Shown here piece by piece: positions 61,701 to 64,000 of a stretch of DNA of 64,000 bases. How positions within the stretch are numbered: position 1 is the first letter of the stretch; each line of letters begins with the position of its first letter. The DNA comes from Azolla caroliniana (taxonomy: Eukaryota; Plantae; Polypodiophyta). The stretch covers positions 12,462,001 through 12,526,000 of the forward strand of contig JBHGNT010000006.1 of the NCBI GenBank assembly GCA_043228905.1, written 5' to 3'. Position numbers and translations under genes: made by a program. The notes below the pieces were generated by a model that had not been told where the DNA came from, did not search any database, and worked only from the letters and a program-made list of their open reading frames with translations.

Positions 61701-63961
61701 CCCTGGTCGGATCGTTTCATGGTCCCCTCATCGACCTTCTCGCGGGCCGTCTCCCATCCAACTTCGCTGGCATCATGCCAGGACTCCTTGATACCGTCAT
61801 CCATCTCCTCGGTCTCACATGGGCATAAGGGCCCCGAATGCCGAGTTCTCCGGAATCGGGTCCAAGGGCTTTCGTCCGCTCCATCCCTGTATCGTCTCTC
61901 CAATGATTCTTGGTCTCTCGCCGCCGCCTTCCTCCTCTTGGGACTCACGTGGGCACTCGGGCCCGACTGCCATCGTCTTGGGAGCAAGTGTGGGAAGACG
62001 CGTAGAATCGTCCGTCCTATTTACGCCTTTATCCGCAGCCACCGGCTCCTCGTGGTCGGTGGTCGCCTTCTTACCGATCGCGCAAGCCCCGCCTAGGCTT
62101 GCTTCTCCAATGTCCGGAGTTCCGGGCTGACGTGCCCAAAACCACCAATCCCAACATTCCGATTCCGCGATCGGTATCTCAGCCTCTTCCTTGGCCGTTC
62201 TATCTCCGCAAGTCGAGAGGGCGTTTTGTTCCTCACCCTCTCCCGTGGTACTGTGGTACCGATCTTCTGCCATCTTGTGGGGCAAGTCCGTCTCCTCAGT
62301 GTCGGCTTGCGGTTTCGATCTTCCCTCTTCCTCGAGCATTGCCTCGAGAGCTGCGTACGCCTCCGCAATCCTGGCCCCGACGCCGACCCTTGCCGACTCT
62401 CTTTGCCGTTCGGCCTCTTCCCGCTGTGATGGCACGTTGACATGGGCCTTCCTCTTAGCCTTCTCGGCTCGCTCGTTGTCTAGCCGTTGGCATACCCTTC
62501 CGACCTTCGACCAATTCTCTGTAAGGCCATTCGCTCCATCCTCGTCTTCGAGCTCAAGCCCAATGGCCTCCCGTTTCGCTCGGTCGATCGACCTGACGAA
62601 CAACAGGACTTTGTCCGCCCCCACCAACCCTTGTTCCCACTCCGGGAGCCAAGCAAGCTGCCGCTCGAACTCTCAGAACGCCTTCATTGCGCCCCGGTGG
62701 GTCTTCACCGATGCAACCCACTGGTCGAAGTCGCGTCGACCCCGGCTCTTACGCCATCCTCCATATGTCTGCAAGAGCGCCTCTTCGAAGGCCTCCCATG
62801 AACTATGAGCTTCTCGGAGCTCCTTCACTTCCGTGTGCATGCGGACAATGACGACCCGACAGAAGAACTCCAGCCTCAACGCCTCGTCTACGTCTCGCTC
62901 CTCCATCTCCGCGTTGTAGGCTTCCAAGTAGAATGGGACTTTGTCCCCGTTGAACCGGCCGACTCTTTCGACCACGCATTCGACAGCTTGCTACGCCGTC
63001 TCTCTTCTTGTTGTTGCTCGTCCAAACTCCCTCACCGCTTCGACAAAAAGTTGCGCGAATTTGTCTTCTTCCAACTCCATCCTCCCTTGCCGTCCTTCAC
63101 GTCGGGTTCACCAAATATGTCGCGGTATTCCGCGGGTACGTGTAGAAGGGGGGCGAGACCACGGGGATCTTGGACGAGGAAGTGATGAGGGGTGTCGGAA
63201 GCTGACTTCTCTCCGGTCCCGGCTGCACTGGTTGTGGTGTGAACCAGAGCGATTCTGGACGCGTACCAGTGGCTACCAAACGCGAGAGAGGAAGAGAGAG
63301 AGAGAGAACACGCGCGCAACACCGACACAACCCACACCTCTTATGTACAGGAAACACAGGAAAGGGGAAAGCACCCGACACCAACAAAGACACAAATATG
63401 CACAACCCTATATATATGTATGATTACATGAGTGAGTTACAACTCCGGCTCCGAGCCGGACTGAGGTAAGCTAGGTCGCTACAGCAGTCTGCCGCCATCA
63501 GGGAGCTCTTGGGCTCGTCGCGCCGAGCGGGGTCTTGCATAGGAGGCCAAGCAAAAGCAAACCTACAACAGGGAGAGATACAACCCCGGCCGCGAGCCGG
63601 GTATGCTTAGAAGAAGAGGAGTTAACCTAACAGCTTTCCTGCCATAGCTGCCGCCCGAGTTCTCGAGAAGGAGAAGAAAGAGAAGAGGGAAAGAGTGTAA
63701 CTAACCCTAGAAAAGAAGCACAAAAATGGTATACCCTTACTACTCAAAATGGGCAACCCTCTCACAAGAGGCACTCCCTTCCTTTTATAGAACGAGGGAG
63801 ATACGCTACAATGTGGGATAAATCCCGACTTACATGGGATTCTCTGTCCCGACTTGACTCCTACTATTCACACGTTTATACAAGGGTAAGTGCTCATGGT
63901 GCACACCGCCGATTCTCCCGATATTCTTCGATTCCACCTAGGGACGGTTTTCTCCATGACA
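58734..63961 (-). mobile_element. Non-autonomous gag-only LTR element with degenerate internal repeats
   Basis: 58734-58840 is nearly identical to 63855-63961 (LTR start TGTC on minus). PPT-like tgggggtgga at 58841-58850. gag-like RFNGDKVPFYLEAY at 62673-62975, continuing into 61815-62627. No pol motifs. Confidence 0.7.
59305..59790 (+). mobile_element. Copia-type LTR fragment related to the LTR at 20624
   Basis: Shares ggacatat..cgt.aatatg and tgtaaatagcc..aaagtcatat...gtataaatatgacttagggcaaa; has ~37-bp internal tandem repeats. Confidence 0.7.
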
Positions 63962-64000
63962 GCGCACACCGAATATTGTGGTATGTGAGCGGCACGAAGG

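Noticed and set aside
59521-61990. Many overlapping short ORFs
   Set aside because: GC-rich TE interior with few stops by composition; no domain motifs.

Overview
Eukaryotic, transposon-dense land-plant DNA; a fern or other non-seed plant is my inference from the TE lineages. One host gene is clear: a 6-exon ECO1/CTF7 cohesin acetyltransferase (minus strand, 12909-16438, 330 aa). The left 9.6 kb holds a decayed, intron-containing DDE transposase (Sola2-like motifs) and a convergent repeat-rich ORF, both associated with AGTACT-rich minisatellites. Directly upstream of the transposase is a ~2.7 kb higher-order tandem array of tRNA-Lys(CTT)-derived units. It has about 12 near-full copies: one folds into a perfect cloverleaf, two have switched anticodons (CCT, GTC), and an alternating sub-type carries an internal TTTT. 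The rest is nested retroelements: a LINE remnant, several Ty1/copia elements (one intact with apparently identical LTRs, two RT-less relatives), an 8-bp-TSD MITE, a non-chromovirus Ty3/gypsy whose gag-pol frame continues into a large coiled-coil extra ORF, a decayed chromovirus, a Penelope-like fragment and a gag-only LTR element. All calls come from reading the sequence; no database searches were run.
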